From Syntrophales bacterium (GTDB taxonomy: Bacteria > Desulfobacterota > Syntrophia > Syntrophales > PHBD01), in contig OY764159.1 of NCBI GenBank assembly GCA_963668175.1, positions 800,001-864,000 of the forward strand: 64,000 bases of DNA, written 5' to 3'. The translations under genes were made by a program, and so were the position numbers. The notes beneath the pieces are model-generated. The model did no database searches. It was not told the DNA's origin and saw only the letters and a program-made list of their open reading frames with translations. Shown in pieces: positions 19,375-31,547 of the stretch (positions are counted from its first letter, which is position 1; every line of letters starts with the position of its first letter).

Positions 19375-19443
19375 ATAGGATGTGCATGGCTTCAATAAGC
19401 TTTGCACGCCCGGGACGGAACCATCGTTACAGATGAAGTGAAC

Positions 19444-20655
19444 TCACTTGCGCTCCTTCTCGTCCGATATGAGACGATCCATCCGAAAGTGCAGGAGCAT
19501 GTCGATGAAAGAGGCCGTACGGAGCGGATTTTCGTTCATGGCATACAGCCTGTCCGTCTGAAGAGATGGTGATGGCCCCGGAAAATCCAGCGTCCAGGCG
19601 GAAATCTTCTCCAGCATCCGGTGAAGATCGGGACTGACCGATTCCCCCGACCGGATAGGCAGTATCTTAAATCCGGCAGCGGCCGTTTCTACCTCCGCGA
19701 CCCGTCCTTCATTCTTTCTCCTCCGGGTTTTTCTCTCATAACGGCCCATTTGCCCCGATAAATCTTCATTCGCTTCGCGAACCCGGACATAATAGCCCGT
19801 TCGAAGTACGATAGGGCCTGCCGGGCTCGAAGATGCGATTGTTGTATCTTCGGGGACTTGGAAGAGAACCAGATAGCTTCCCTTGTCGCGGGATTCCTTC
19901 GCGAGCGTATCCCAGGGAATGGTAAGCTCTCGCACAGTACGGGATAATTTCAGATTCCGGTCCCAACGGACGGCGATGGCCTGAAAGTGCAGGCGGTCCT
20001 TCATGGCGGCGAATGTCCGGGCAAAGGCATAATCCGTATGAAAATCGGGCAGGAAGAAACGGACATCCGCTGAGTGAACGAGAAAAATAACACGGCATTT
20101 CACACCCATATCCACACGCGCCGCCAGCTCCAGGAGATGCTTCCTCCCGCGTTCCGTGACCGCGTCGGGGAACATGGCGAGTTGTCTGCCGAAGAGGGTG
20201 CAGGATTTCACTTCGATGAGGATCTTCTCGCGTCCTTTCTGCACGAGCAGATCGAACCTGCTCTTTCCCTGCTTCACTTCCGTTCCGATGACGCGCGCAC
20301 CCTCGAGGCCTTTGATTCTGTCCCGTTCGATAAGGGCTCTCACGATGTCGTTGGCCTTCTGGGTATGGAGGAGGATGATCCGTCCCTCCTTTTCCACGGC
20401 CACGGCGGTAAAAAACGTTTTTCTTTCGGGAGCATCCGTATTTTTAACGAGGGCGATGGGTTGTTCCGGCAACAGCAGTTCCCAAAGACGACCAGGGTTG
20501 GGCAAGTGCGCTGTCACCTTCTTGCCTTGAAGGCGGCATTCAACGATGAAACGGTTGGGACGGGAGAGAAATTCACCCCAGCGGACATTGCTGAATAGCG
20601 GTACGGAGAATGGATCGTCATGCTGGTGCTCCATAGAGGTTACAATCGCTCCCAA
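19444..20655 (-). CDS. sfsA: SfsA nuclease-family protein with a C-terminal DUF123/GIY-YIG-like extension
   Basis: RPNRF, HLPNPGRL, SRFDL, IEVKSCTL, FPDAVTERGRKHL; ~150 extra residues (KGSYLV…GYYV). Start may be 20634. Confidence 0.85.
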   Translation of the reverse strand: MGAIVTSMEHQHDDPFSVPLFSNVRWGEFLSRPNRFIVECRLQGKKVTAHLPNPGRLWELLLPEQPIALVKNTDAPERKTFFTAVAVEKEGRIILLHTQKANDIVRALIERDRIKGLEGARVIGTEVKQGKSRFDLLVQKGREKILIEVKSCTLFGRQLAMFPDAVTERGRKHLLELAARVDMGVKCRVIFLVHSADVRFFLPDFHTDYAFARTFAAMKDRLHFQAIAVRWDRNLKLSRTVRELTIPWDTLAKESRDKGSYLVLFQVPEDTTIASSSPAGPIVLRTGYYVRVREANEDLSGQMGRYERKTRRRKNEGRVAEVETAAAGFKILPIRSGESVSPDLHRMLEKISAWTLDFPGPSPSLQTDRLYAMNENPLRTASFIDMLLHFRMDRLISDEKERK

Positions 20656-20817
20656 GTATTAATGCTGCTTGCATTTTAGGCGATGTGTCGATACATTGCC
20701 ATAAAAAACGACAGGAAGGGATTTCGACGAACATGCGCCGATACCTCCGAAGAGGTTGGTTGAAAGTTAGTATGCAGAGGGAAAACGGACGATTCATCTT
20801 CCCGGATGTAAGCGGCC

Positions 20818-22002
20818 ATGCGCTATCCTGAACTGATTCTGAAACGAGAGCGGGAGCGCTCCCTGCAAAAGGGGCATCCTTGGCTCTTTTCCGGCGCTAT
20901 CGCCCGCGTGAACGGGCATCCCCGGCCGGGAGATATCGTTTCCGCCGTGACGCACTCGGGAGAGCCGGTAGGACTCGGCTTTTACAATCCGGCTACCGAT
21001 ATCTCTTTTCGCTTGTTGACCGCCCGGGTGTCGGAGACCATCGACGACCGTTTCTGGGAGGACAGGATACGTTCCGCCTTCAACTTACGGCAGCGGGTTG
21101 TCCCGCCTGAGACGACGGCTTATCGTTTGATCAATGCGGAGGGGGACGGTATGCCGGGCCTGATTGTCGATCGCTACGATCGTTGCCTGGTCGTTTCGCT
21201 GGCTACGGCCGGCGTGGAAAAGTACCGTTCGGAGATCGTAGGCGGTTTGATACGGGTAATTTCGCCCGGGACGATCTATGAAAGAAGCGAAAGCAAGGCG
21301 AGGCAACTGGAAGGGTTGTCGGAGCGGAAAGGACTTATCTACGGAGAGGAACCTCCCGGCTTCATCGAGATCGTGGAAAACGGCCTGACCTTCGCGGTCG
21401 ATGTCGTCGCGGGGCAAAAGACGGGTTTTTTTCTCGATCAGCGAAAGAACCGCGAATGCATCGAAAAAGTGAGCAAAGGGACGAAGGTGCTCAACTGCTT
21501 TTCCTACACCGGGGCCTTCTCGGTCTATGCCGTCCGCGGCGGCGCGGAGAGAGTGACTTCCGTCGATGTTTCCGCCCCGGCCTGCGACATGGCGAGGGAC
21601 AACCTTACCCGCAACGGTTTCCCGCCGGACCGGCATCCCGTCGTTCAGGCCGATGTCTTTTCCTATCTGAGGGAGACCGAGGAGACATTCGACCTGATTA
21701 TCCTCGATCCCCCGGCCTTTGCCAAATCGAAAAAGGATGTGCCCCGGTCCGCACGCGGTTACAAGGACATCAACCTCCAGGCCGCCCGCAGGCTTTCTCC
21801 CGGGGGCCTGCTGGCTACCTTCTCCTGCTCCAACTATATCGGCGAGGAACTTTTTGAGAAGATCGTTGCCGGGGCCGTTCTGGATGCCGGCAAAGAAGCC
21901 AGGCTGATCGAAAGACTGGGACCCGGGGGGGACCATCCCGTCAATTTGGCGCATCCCGAAGGTCGCTATCTCAAGGGACTGCTGCTCGGTATCTCGGGGT
22001 GA
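20818..22002 (+). CDS. rlmI: 23S rRNA m5C1962-type methyltransferase
   Basis: GHPWLFSG, EGDGMPGLIVD, GQKTGFFLDQR, LNCFSYTG, LDPPAF. Confidence 0.88.
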   Translation: MRYPELILKRERERSLQKGHPWLFSGAIARVNGHPRPGDIVSAVTHSGEPVGLGFYNPATDISFRLLTARVSETIDDRFWEDRIRSAFNLRQRVVPPETTAYRLINAEGDGMPGLIVDRYDRCLVVSLATAGVEKYRSEIVGGLIRVISPGTIYERSESKARQLEGLSERKGLIYGEEPPGFIEIVENGLTFAVDVVAGQKTGFFLDQRKNRECIEKVSKGTKVLNCFSYTGAFSVYAVRGGAERVTSVDVSAPACDMARDNLTRNGFPPDRHPVVQADVFSYLRETEETFDLIILDPPAFAKSKKDVPRSARGYKDINLQAARRLSPGGLLATFSCSNYIGEELFEKIVAGAVLDAGKEARLIERLGPGGDHPVNLAHPEGRYLKGLLLGISG

Positions 22003-22122
22003 ATTACCGATCGCGCCGTCATCTGCATTCGGCATTTAAGGGTATGCTATGAAGATATCAGCCGGAAGAAAAGAAATCGCCGGTTTGGATTCCAAGTCTA
22101 TGTCAGGGCGGAGCATCGCAGC

Positions 22123-23202
22123 ATGACCATTCTTGACCGTTATGTGACCAAAGAGTTTTTGAGGCTTTTGGTCCTGATTCTCATGACCCTGATCCTGCTT
22201 TCCCTGCTTGTCGATTTCTTCGGTAAAATCAGGATGTTTCTTTCCAACCATGCGACGTTTGCCCAGATGGCGTCCTATTTTCTCTGGGAAATCCCCCTTT
22301 TTGTCTCCCTGACCCTTCCGGCTTCCGTCCTTCTGGCATCGCTCATCACATTCGCATCCTTCTCGCGATCCAATGAAATCATCGCCATGAAGGCCAACGG
22401 CATAAGTCTCTACAGGACATCGCTGCCCGTCATCGTTATTTCGGCCTTTATCTGCATCATTACGTTTTTCGTAAGCGAGTTCCTGACCCCTTATGGTATC
22501 GATAAATCCGAATATATCAGGCTTGTGGATGTTCAAAAGCAGACCGACAAGGGAACCTTCAAACAGAACCAGATCTGGTACAGGGGACATTCGGCCATCT
22601 ATAACTTCAGGTTTTTTGACCCGGAAAGGAATATCCTCAAAGGGATTACCATTTTTTATCTCAATTCCTCTTTCCATCTGACGTCGAGGCTTGACGCCGA
22701 GTGGGCCGAATGGCGGGATGGGGCATGGGTCGGCCACAATCTCCTGATCACGACCTTCAAGTCGGAAACCTTCCCCGGTCTCGAATGGGTCAAGCAGAAA
22801 CCCCTGGCGATTCCCGAGCAGCCGTCGGATTTCAAAGTGGTCCAAAAAGACTCGGAGAAAATGAATTATCTGGAACTCCGCCGCTATATCAACAAGATGC
22901 GGGAGGAAGGGTACGATACGGCCCGTTACCAGGTCGATATGTATGGCCGGACGGCTTTCCCCTTCATCACCTTAATTCTTGTATTTATCGGTATCTCTTT
23001 TTCCCTGAGATTAGGCCGTAGCGGAGGCGTAACCCGAAGTATCGGTTTAGGAATCGTCATCGGGTTTTCGTACTGGCTTGTTCATGCCTTCTCTTTGTCG
23101 CTCGGCCGCTCCGGATCGCTGCCCCCGATCCTGTCTGCCTGGATGGCCAACATTCTTTTTATGGCTGCTGCGGCCTATATGTTTTACCATGTCGAGACCT
23201 GA
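22123..23202 (+). CDS. lptG: LPS export ABC permease
   Basis: ILDRY, SNEIIAMKANGIS, periplasmic beta domain, AWMANILF. Confidence 0.85.
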   Translation: MTILDRYVTKEFLRLLVLILMTLILLSLLVDFFGKIRMFLSNHATFAQMASYFLWEIPLFVSLTLPASVLLASLITFASFSRSNEIIAMKANGISLYRTSLPVIVISAFICIITFFVSEFLTPYGIDKSEYIRLVDVQKQTDKGTFKQNQIWYRGHSAIYNFRFFDPERNILKGITIFYLNSSFHLTSRLDAEWAEWRDGAWVGHNLLITTFKSETFPGLEWVKQKPLAIPEQPSDFKVVQKDSEKMNYLELRRYINKMREEGYDTARYQVDMYGRTAFPFITLILVFIGISFSLRLGRSGGVTRSIGLGIVIGFSYWLVHAFSLSLGRSGSLPPILSAWMANILFMAAAAYMFYHVET

Positions 23203-23316
23203 AACACCGTATGATACGATCGCAATCCCCTTCCATGGCGGCGGAGAAATCATTTGCCCGAAGAACTTGATTCATGTATATGTCCACGTTTGGCTCAAGA
23301 GGAGCGATAGAGCGAG

Positions 23317-24201
23317 ATGGAACCGTCGTCCACCGTGATCATGATTGTGAGGATAGCCCATCTCATCCCTGCCGCGGTCAGGAAAGGGATGTTCAAGGCG
23401 GTATGCCGTCTTTTTTATTACATATCGGCAAAGCACAGGATGATTACCCTCTTCAATCTTAAATGCGCCTTTCCGGACAAGGACTTGCGTGAGCTGGAGG
23501 CTATCGCCAAGGGCGTCTACCGGAATCTGGGCATCGTTGCGGCCGAATTCTTCGACCTCCCTTATCTGAACAGTCAGAATATCAGGGACATCGTCGAGGT
23601 TGAAGGATTAGAAAACTATCAACGTGCGCTTGCCAAGAATAAAGGTATTCTGACCTTCGGGGGACATTTCGGCAACTGGGAATTGAGCGCCGTGGCCTTC
23701 TCACTTTATGCCAGGCCCATTGTCGTCATTTACCGGCCCCTGGACAGCCCGATTCTGGATGCGTTGGTCAGGTATGTGCGCTCTTCGACGGGTAATATCC
23801 CGTTGGCGACGGCTCATGCCATGAGGCCGATGATTCGGCATTTGAAGAAAAATGATATGATCGGTCTTCTGGTCGATCAGAATGTGGCCTGGCAGGAGGG
23901 CGTTTTCGTCGATTATTTCGGCCGGCCCGCCTGCACGACCGATGGTTTGGCGCTCCTGGCCATGCATACGGGGGCCGCCGTTCTTCCCTCTTATCTCGTC
24001 AGGATGGAGAACGGCCGGTACCGGCTGGTATTTGAGGAGGAACTGCAGCTCGTTCGTACGGGCGACCGAAGTGCCGATGCGAGGATCAACACGCAGATGA
24101 TCACGAAGAAGATCGAGGATATCGTTCGTCGATACCCCGATCAATGGCTCTGGATCCATCAGCGTTGGAAGACGAAAGCCTGTCAAGCCCGGTGGCAGTA
24201 A
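23317..24201 (+). CDS. Lipid A late acyltransferase (LpxL/HtrB family)
   Basis: GHFGNWEL, LVDQ, FFG-like YFGRPA, PDQWLWIHQRWK; start uncertain. Confidence 0.88.
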   Translation: MEPSSTVIMIVRIAHLIPAAVRKGMFKAVCRLFYYISAKHRMITLFNLKCAFPDKDLRELEAIAKGVYRNLGIVAAEFFDLPYLNSQNIRDIVEVEGLENYQRALAKNKGILTFGGHFGNWELSAVAFSLYARPIVVIYRPLDSPILDALVRYVRSSTGNIPLATAHAMRPMIRHLKKNDMIGLLVDQNVAWQEGVFVDYFGRPACTTDGLALLAMHTGAAVLPSYLVRMENGRYRLVFEEELQLVRTGDRSADARINTQMITKKIEDIVRRYPDQWLWIHQRWKTKACQARWQ

Positions 24202-24239
24202 CAGAGCTTACATATGGATTGCTGAACAGCCTATAATAT

Positions 24240-25331
24240 ATGGATCAATCAATAAAGTTGAAAGTAAGAGCCGCGAAGGCCATTCCCTTCGAACGGGTCG
24301 AGCGCCTCCTGATCAGGGGCACGAACTGGATCGGCGACGCCGTCATGACCATGCCGGCCATTGCCGCCATCAGAAAATCGTTCCCCCGGGCCAGGATTTC
24401 CATCCTCGTCAAGCCCTGGGTTGCCGAACTATTCTATATCAATCCCGATGTCGACGAGGTCGTTATTTTCGAAGATCCCGGACGCCATTCCGGACCCACG
24501 GGGAAATTCAGACTCTCCATGGAACTTCGGGAAAGGCGTTTCGATGCGGCCATCCTGCTGCAGAATGCCATCGAAGCGGCCATTATTGCCGGACTGGCCG
24601 GTATCCCCATCCGCGCCGGTTACAATTCGGATGTCCGGGGAATGCTTCTGACCCACTCGGTACGGCGTACGCCGGCCATCTTCAAGGTCCACCAGGTCGA
24701 CTATTACCTGGAGATGGTCAAAGCGCTGGGTTGTCAGTCGGCGGGGCGCACCCTCGATCTTCGTCCCTCGGAAGAATACAGAAAGTTGGCAGATGAGGTT
24801 CTAGCACCGTTCGGATTCGACAAGGAACGGTTTCTGGTCGGCCTGGCCCCGGGGGCCACTTACGGGCCGGCGAAAAAGTGGTTCCCGGAACGTTTTGCCG
24901 CGGTTGCCGATCATGTCATGGATCATTACCCGGCACAGGTCGTCCTGTTCGGAAGCGCCGCGGACAGGGACTCCCTCGGCGCGGTAGCCGCGAACGCCCA
25001 TCATCCATTGATCGATCTGGCCGGGAAGACAAGCCTCAAGGAGGCGATCGGGCTGATTTCCCGCTGCCGTCTCTTTGTGTCAAACGATTCGGGACTTATG
25101 CATATCGCCGGGGCACTCGACATCCCTACCCTCGCCATTTTCGGGTCCACGAATCCCGTAACGACATCCCCCGTGGGCAGCAGGTCCGTAGTCATCCGGA
25201 AAGATGTATCGTGCAGCCCCTGTCTGAAGGTTTCCTGCCCGACGGATTTCCGCTGCATGAGCCTCATCAAGACCGACGAAATATGCCGCGCCGCGGATGA
25301 TATGCTGCGGTTGCCCCCCGGTGGCGAGTGA
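24240..25331 (+). CDS. waaF: LPS heptosyltransferase II
   Basis: NWIGDAVM, PGATYGPAKKW, NDSGLMHIA (GT9). Confidence 0.88.
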   Translation: MDQSIKLKVRAAKAIPFERVERLLIRGTNWIGDAVMTMPAIAAIRKSFPRARISILVKPWVAELFYINPDVDEVVIFEDPGRHSGPTGKFRLSMELRERRFDAAILLQNAIEAAIIAGLAGIPIRAGYNSDVRGMLLTHSVRRTPAIFKVHQVDYYLEMVKALGCQSAGRTLDLRPSEEYRKLADEVLAPFGFDKERFLVGLAPGATYGPAKKWFPERFAAVADHVMDHYPAQVVLFGSAADRDSLGAVAANAHHPLIDLAGKTSLKEAIGLISRCRLFVSNDSGLMHIAGALDIPTLAIFGSTNPVTTSPVGSRSVVIRKDVSCSPCLKVSCPTDFRCMSLIKTDEICRAADDMLRLPPGGE

Positions 25332-25338
25332 AAACGAG

Positions 25339-25908
25339 ATGAAAAAGCATTCAGCCGTTTTTTTCGACCGTGACGGGACCATCAACGAGGAAGTGGGTTA
25401 TTTGTCCAGCCTCGACCAACTGGCCATCTATCCCGTGTCTTACGAGGCCGTGCGCCGCGTCAACGAAGCGGGCATGAAGGCCGTTGTCATCACGAACCAG
25501 TCCGGCGTAGCCAGGGGGTTCTTTCCGGAGGCGTTCCTGGATGTGCTTCATCGCCGCATGCGGGAGCTCCTGGCCGAAGAGGGGGCCTTCATCGACGGCT
25601 TTTACTACTGTCCCCATCATCCGACCGAAGGAAGCGATACGTACCGTCGAAAGTGCAACTGCCGAAAACCGGAGATAGGCATGCTGACGGCGGCGGCACA
25701 GGAACTGGATATCGATCTTGAGCGGTCTTATCTCATCGGAGACCATGCTTCGGACATGGAGGCGGCCAGGCGGGCGTCCGCCAAAGGTATTATGGTCCGG
25801 ACCGGCCACGGCGAGGTTGAGATCGTGAAGGCCGGTCATTTGGCGAATTTCATCGCCGCCGACGTTCTCGAAGCCGTCCAGTGGATCATGAGGGATAGAG
25901 CAAAGTGA
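25339..25908 (+). CDS. gmhB: D-glycero-D-manno-heptose bisphosphate phosphatase
   Basis: FFDRDGTIN, TNQSG, CPHHP…CNCRKP, IGD. Confidence 0.92.
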   Translation: MKKHSAVFFDRDGTINEEVGYLSSLDQLAIYPVSYEAVRRVNEAGMKAVVITNQSGVARGFFPEAFLDVLHRRMRELLAEEGAFIDGFYYCPHHPTEGSDTYRRKCNCRKPEIGMLTAAAQELDIDLERSYLIGDHASDMEAARRASAKGIMVRTGHGEVEIVKAGHLANFIAADVLEAVQWIMRDRAK

Positions 25909-26936
25909 ATATCCTGGTCGTTAAATTAAGCGCCATCGGGGACGTGATCCACACGCTGCCCTCCGTCGCCTGCCTGCGACGACGATATCCGGATGCCCAT
26001 ATCACCTGGATCATCGAGGAGGCTGCCGCCGATCTCATCCGAAATCATCCCCATGTGGACAGGGTTATCGTTTCTTCGCGCAAACGGTGGCTGCGGGAGA
26101 TCAGACAAGGGAACATCAGGAAGCCCTTCCGCGAAGCGAACGCGATGCTGCATCTCTTACAGGATAGGACTTATGACCTGGTCATCGATTTTCACGGCCT
26201 TTTCAAGAGCGCCGTTTTCGTTTTTCTGAGCCGGGGCAGGCGAAAGCTCGGATACGACAGCATGCAGGAACTGAGCGGACTTTTCCTGAACGAAAAGATT
26301 CCCGAAGACATGAACAAGCATGCCGTCGACCGTTATCTCGACTTCCTCCGCTATCTGGGGGTCGAAGACCCGACGCCCGAATTCTTGATTCCCTACGCTG
26401 ATGAGAACAGGCGGAAGATCGACCGTCTCTTGGACACAAACGGGATCGACCGGCAACGTCCCCTGGTGGCCGTGAGCCCCGTAGCATTGTGGGATACGAA
26501 GCTCTGGCAGGAAGAGAAGTTCGCCGAACTCGCCGACAGGATAGCCGGTGAGTTGAACTGTCAGGTTGTTCTGACGGGACAGGACAGGATTATCCTTGAT
26601 CGCATCGGAGCGCTCGCGAAACGCCCGCCGGTCAATTTGGGGGGGATGACCACCCTCAGGGATCTTGCCTGTTTATATCAGAAGGCCTCGGTCCTCGTGA
26701 CGACCGATTCGGGTCCCATGCACCTGGCGGCGGCGGTGCAAACGCCGGTCGTGGCCCTTTTCGGTCCGACCGACCCCGGACGAACGGGACCTTACGGAAC
26801 GGGGCATAAAGTTCTCACCGCACCACTGCCGTGCCGACCCTGTTTCAAGAAGACCTGCGACACCCAGGCGTGCATGCGGGAGATATCGGTCGCCGATGTC
26901 TTTGACGCCGTCCGAGAAAAAATCTATGGGTTGTAG
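25905..26936 (+). CDS. waaC: LPS heptosyltransferase (GT9, WaaC-like)
   Basis: VKLSAIGDVIH, DSGPMHLAAA, LFGPT; GTG start overlapping the gmhB stop. Confidence 0.8.
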   Translation: MNILVVKLSAIGDVIHTLPSVACLRRRYPDAHITWIIEEAAADLIRNHPHVDRVIVSSRKRWLREIRQGNIRKPFREANAMLHLLQDRTYDLVIDFHGLFKSAVFVFLSRGRRKLGYDSMQELSGLFLNEKIPEDMNKHAVDRYLDFLRYLGVEDPTPEFLIPYADENRRKIDRLLDTNGIDRQRPLVAVSPVALWDTKLWQEEKFAELADRIAGELNCQVVLTGQDRIILDRIGALAKRPPVNLGGMTTLRDLACLYQKASVLVTTDSGPMHLAAAVQTPVVALFGPTDPGRTGPYGTGHKVLTAPLPCRPCFKKTCDTQACMREISVADVFDAVREKIYGL

Positions 26937-26976
26937 AAGAGCTGTGATATGAATAGGCCGAGGAGGGTAAATATCT

Positions 26977-27147
26977 ATGACCATCAGCGAGGATTTTCTG
27001 GCGATCCTGGCATGTCCGAAATGCAAGGGCGATATCCATTTAAACGATAGCAAGGACGGTCTCATCTGCGACAACTGCCGGCTTCTTTATGAAATAAAAG
27101 ACGACATACCGATCATGCTGATCAGCGAGGCCAGGAAGCTGGACTGA
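26977..27147 (+). CDS. Trm112/YcaR-family small protein (56 aa; below ORF track cutoff)
   Basis: AGGAGG SD; MTISEDFLAILACPKCKGDI…GLICDNCRLLYEIKDDIPIMLISEARKLD. Confidence 0.9.
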   Translation: MTISEDFLAILACPKCKGDIHLNDSKDGLICDNCRLLYEIKDDIPIMLISEARKLD

Positions 27148-27195
27148 ACCGATGCCGTCTGTCGGCATATTCCCCGGGAAGAGAAAGCCGCCTTC

Positions 27196-28956
27196 ATGTC
27201 AAGCAAAACCGGAAAATGGTATCAGAATCGACTTAGTGTAGCTATACTTGTTCTAGGGGCGATCCTGATAGGGTACGTGAGCTTTACTTTTATCAAGGGG
27301 TTCCTGTCCCTTTCGGGTCTGCAGGAGACGCTCCTTGAGCAGGCCAAGAACGAGACGCAAAGGCGTTCGGTAACCTTGAGTGCCTTTTTTGCGGAACGCA
27401 AGGCCGACATGGAAGGCCTGGCGGCTTCCACGGAGATTGTTGCCCTTCTCGAACAGCGGGCAACGGCATCGGCGAAAGGGCAGTCGGTCTCTCTCCGGAC
27501 AATCCCGGTAAATCACCTGTTTACGGAAATTCTGAACAAGAAGAAGATAGGCGGCAATCCCATTTACACAAAGATCGCCTTTCTTGACGAAGCGAACAAC
27601 ACCCTGGTTGAAGGGACGTCGGTCAAGCATTTTACAGAGACCAAGAACGAATTCAAGCCGCAAGCCGTTCCGGTTGCCGCACCGGATGTGACATTCCATA
27701 TTGCGGGGCGTAAGGACGTACAGATCGCCAGGCCCTGTTTCAGACAAAATGTCTATCTGGGGCAGATCGTGGCCTGGATGAGGGCCGACATCATCTATGA
27801 CTACCTCCTGAAAGACCAGCAGGACAAGAAACAGAAGATCTTCATGGTTACGGAAGGCAGGGAGATTTTAAGGGGAGGTGCCGCAGACCTCTATATCCCG
27901 GGACTCCCGGACCTGACCCATATAGAAAACGCCAAACCTTTTGAATACGACGCCGTCATGGGCGATGACGTACAGAGAAAAACCTTCGCGATCAAGTTCC
28001 CGATTAAGGATACGCCGCTGTCCCTCATCACGTTTGTGGCCGCCATCGAAGCCTATGGTCCGCTTTCGTCGTGGCACGTCCTTATCTGGATCATCGTCCT
28101 CGTGTTTTTGATCTTCGGAGGATCCATATTCATCCTGTCCCTCAAGAGCAGGTTAAAGGATGCCGTTCAGAGGGAAAAAATACTGGAGGAGAAGAACAAT
28201 CAGCTTGCAGTTGAAATTGAAAGACGAACGGATTTCTTGTCGACGCTTGCCCATGAACTGAGGACGCCTCTCTCGTCGGTTCTGATCTTTTCCGAAAACG
28301 TCTCCCGAAAACTGGACGAAGCGATTTTTCCCCAGGTGAACCGCGAAGACGAAAACACCAAGAAGACCGTCGGCCGCATCCAGGATAATCTGAAAATCAT
28401 GGTATCCGAAGGCCGGAGGCTGGCCGCGCTCATCAGCAATATTCTCGACATCGCTAAGATGGAAGCCGGCAAGATGGATTGGTCCGTCGGTCCTGTCTCC
28501 TTGAAAGAGGTTGTCCGGCAGGCCGCCCTGTCCACCGCTTCAATGTTCGAGCAGAAGGGTATCCGGTTCGTAGAGGAAATAGAAGAGCCGCTGCCGGATA
28601 TTCAGGGTGACAGGGACCGTCTGATCCAGGCCGTGATCAACCTGTTGTCCAATGCAGTTAAGTTTACGGAGCAGGGGACGGTAACCTGCCGGGTCGTAAA
28701 ACGGGCGAACGATATTCTGATCAGCGTTATCGATACGGGCATCGGAATCGAAAAGAAAGACCAGGAAAAAATATTCGAAAAATTCAGACAGGCCAACGGC
28801 AATGCCGGCAATAAGTGGAAGGGAACAGGACTGGGGCTTCCGATCTCCAAGCAGATCATCGAACGGCACGGCGGACGCATTTGGGTGGAGAGTGAACCTG
28901 CTGCCGGAAGCACCTTTGCGTTTACGCTTCCGGTCAAGCCGCCGAGCGGGTCTTAG
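27196..28956 (+). CDS. Membrane sensor histidine kinase
   Basis: Two TM segments around a periplasmic domain; AHELRTPL, NLLSNAVKF, DTGIG, GTGLGL. Confidence 0.92.
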   Translation: MSSKTGKWYQNRLSVAILVLGAILIGYVSFTFIKGFLSLSGLQETLLEQAKNETQRRSVTLSAFFAERKADMEGLAASTEIVALLEQRATASAKGQSVSLRTIPVNHLFTEILNKKKIGGNPIYTKIAFLDEANNTLVEGTSVKHFTETKNEFKPQAVPVAAPDVTFHIAGRKDVQIARPCFRQNVYLGQIVAWMRADIIYDYLLKDQQDKKQKIFMVTEGREILRGGAADLYIPGLPDLTHIENAKPFEYDAVMGDDVQRKTFAIKFPIKDTPLSLITFVAAIEAYGPLSSWHVLIWIIVLVFLIFGGSIFILSLKSRLKDAVQREKILEEKNNQLAVEIERRTDFLSTLAHELRTPLSSVLIFSENVSRKLDEAIFPQVNREDENTKKTVGRIQDNLKIMVSEGRRLAALISNILDIAKMEAGKMDWSVGPVSLKEVVRQAALSTASMFEQKGIRFVEEIEEPLPDIQGDRDRLIQAVINLLSNAVKFTEQGTVTCRVVKRANDILISVIDTGIGIEKKDQEKIFEKFRQANGNAGNKWKGTGLGLPISKQIIERHGGRIWVESEPAAGSTFAFTLPVKPPSGS

Positions 28957-28977
28957 GCGAGAGACGACAGGGGTTCT

Positions 28978-29451
28978 ATGGCAGAGGATAGCAGACTTGT
29001 CCCCATCCTCAGGGAGGGGATCGAAGTCATTAAGATGGTATTCTTCAAGAAGATGCAGGCGCATCTTGCGGAAAAATATCCCGAGCGGGATACCCGGTTC
29101 ATCAATCGACTGACAGGGGCCGTGACCAACAGCCTTTTCGGCGCCTGCAACCGGGAAGAGCCCTTCTTCTCCTTCGCCAGGGACCACGCCGGCCTCATCG
29201 ACGAGGAAATGAGAAACATCGCCGCCGGGCTTGGGGAGATGAAAATTCCGCTCACCGATGCCCTCCGGATTCAGTTTCTCTGCGATTCACTGGACGGCAT
29301 AGACAGTTCCCAGGCCCTGGCGCAGGCGAAGGACATCGGGGTCTTGATCGAGGAGCGGACCACGCCCATGCCGGATCAATTCATGAATCTCGCCCGTCGT
29401 CTGGGAGAGGCCTTAAATATGATCCGGCAGGTCAAAATCGGTTCCGCCTGA
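28978..29451 (+). CDS. Hypothetical protein
   Basis: 157-aa ORF that fills the gap, co-oriented with the kinase; no motif recognised. Confidence 0.65.
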   Translation: MAEDSRLVPILREGIEVIKMVFFKKMQAHLAEKYPERDTRFINRLTGAVTNSLFGACNREEPFFSFARDHAGLIDEEMRNIAAGLGEMKIPLTDALRIQFLCDSLDGIDSSQALAQAKDIGVLIEERTTPMPDQFMNLARRLGEALNMIRQVKIGSA

Positions 29452-29516
29452 CCGGCGAAAGGCCGCATCCGAATGAAAACGCCGCAATGTATTTAACAAG
29501 CGGCATCATGCTGTAT

Positions 29517-29552
29517 AAAAAGCCCCCTGAATACAAGATTCAGGGGGCTTTT
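29517..29552. terminator. Bidirectional intrinsic terminator (groEL and the convergent gene)
   Basis: AAAAAGCCCCCTGAAT-ACAAG-ATTCAGGGGGCTTTT. Confidence 0.85.
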
Positions 29553-29590
29553 CCGTATACAAAAAGGGTTTTGCAGACGCTTACGCGTTC

Positions 29591-31252
<1,662 letters not shown>

Positions 31253-31256
31253 TTAA

Positions 31257-31547
31257 TTATTTCTCGATTACGCCAAGAATGTCATCTTCCCTCATGATGA
31301 GATACTCTTTCCCGTCTATCTTGACTTCCGTGCCGGCATACTTGCTGAACAAAATCCTGTCCCCGGCCTTCACGTCCAGCTTCAGCACGGCTCCGTTTTC
31401 GGTGACCTTGCCCTTGCCGACGGCCTTGACCTTGCCTTCCATGGGCTTCTCTTTTGCCGAGTCGGGAATGATGATCCCCCCTTTGGTCTTCTCCTCTTCT
31501 TCCAGACGTTCAACAATCACTCTGTCCTGCAACGGTCTTATTTTCAT
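31257..31547 (-). CDS. groES: Co-chaperonin GroES
   Basis: [24 protein letters not shown]. Confidence 0.99.
   Translation of the reverse strand: MKIRPLQDRVIVERLEEEEKTKGGIIIPDSAKEKPMEGKVKAVGKGKVTENGAVLKLDVKAGDRILFSKYAGTEVKIDGKEYLIMREDDILGVIEK

Noticed and set aside
18862..19407. 181-aa and 119-aa minus-strand ORFs in the track
   Set aside because: No motifs; they are antisense shadows of the plus-strand CxxU gene, which has an SD, signal peptide and recognisable fold.
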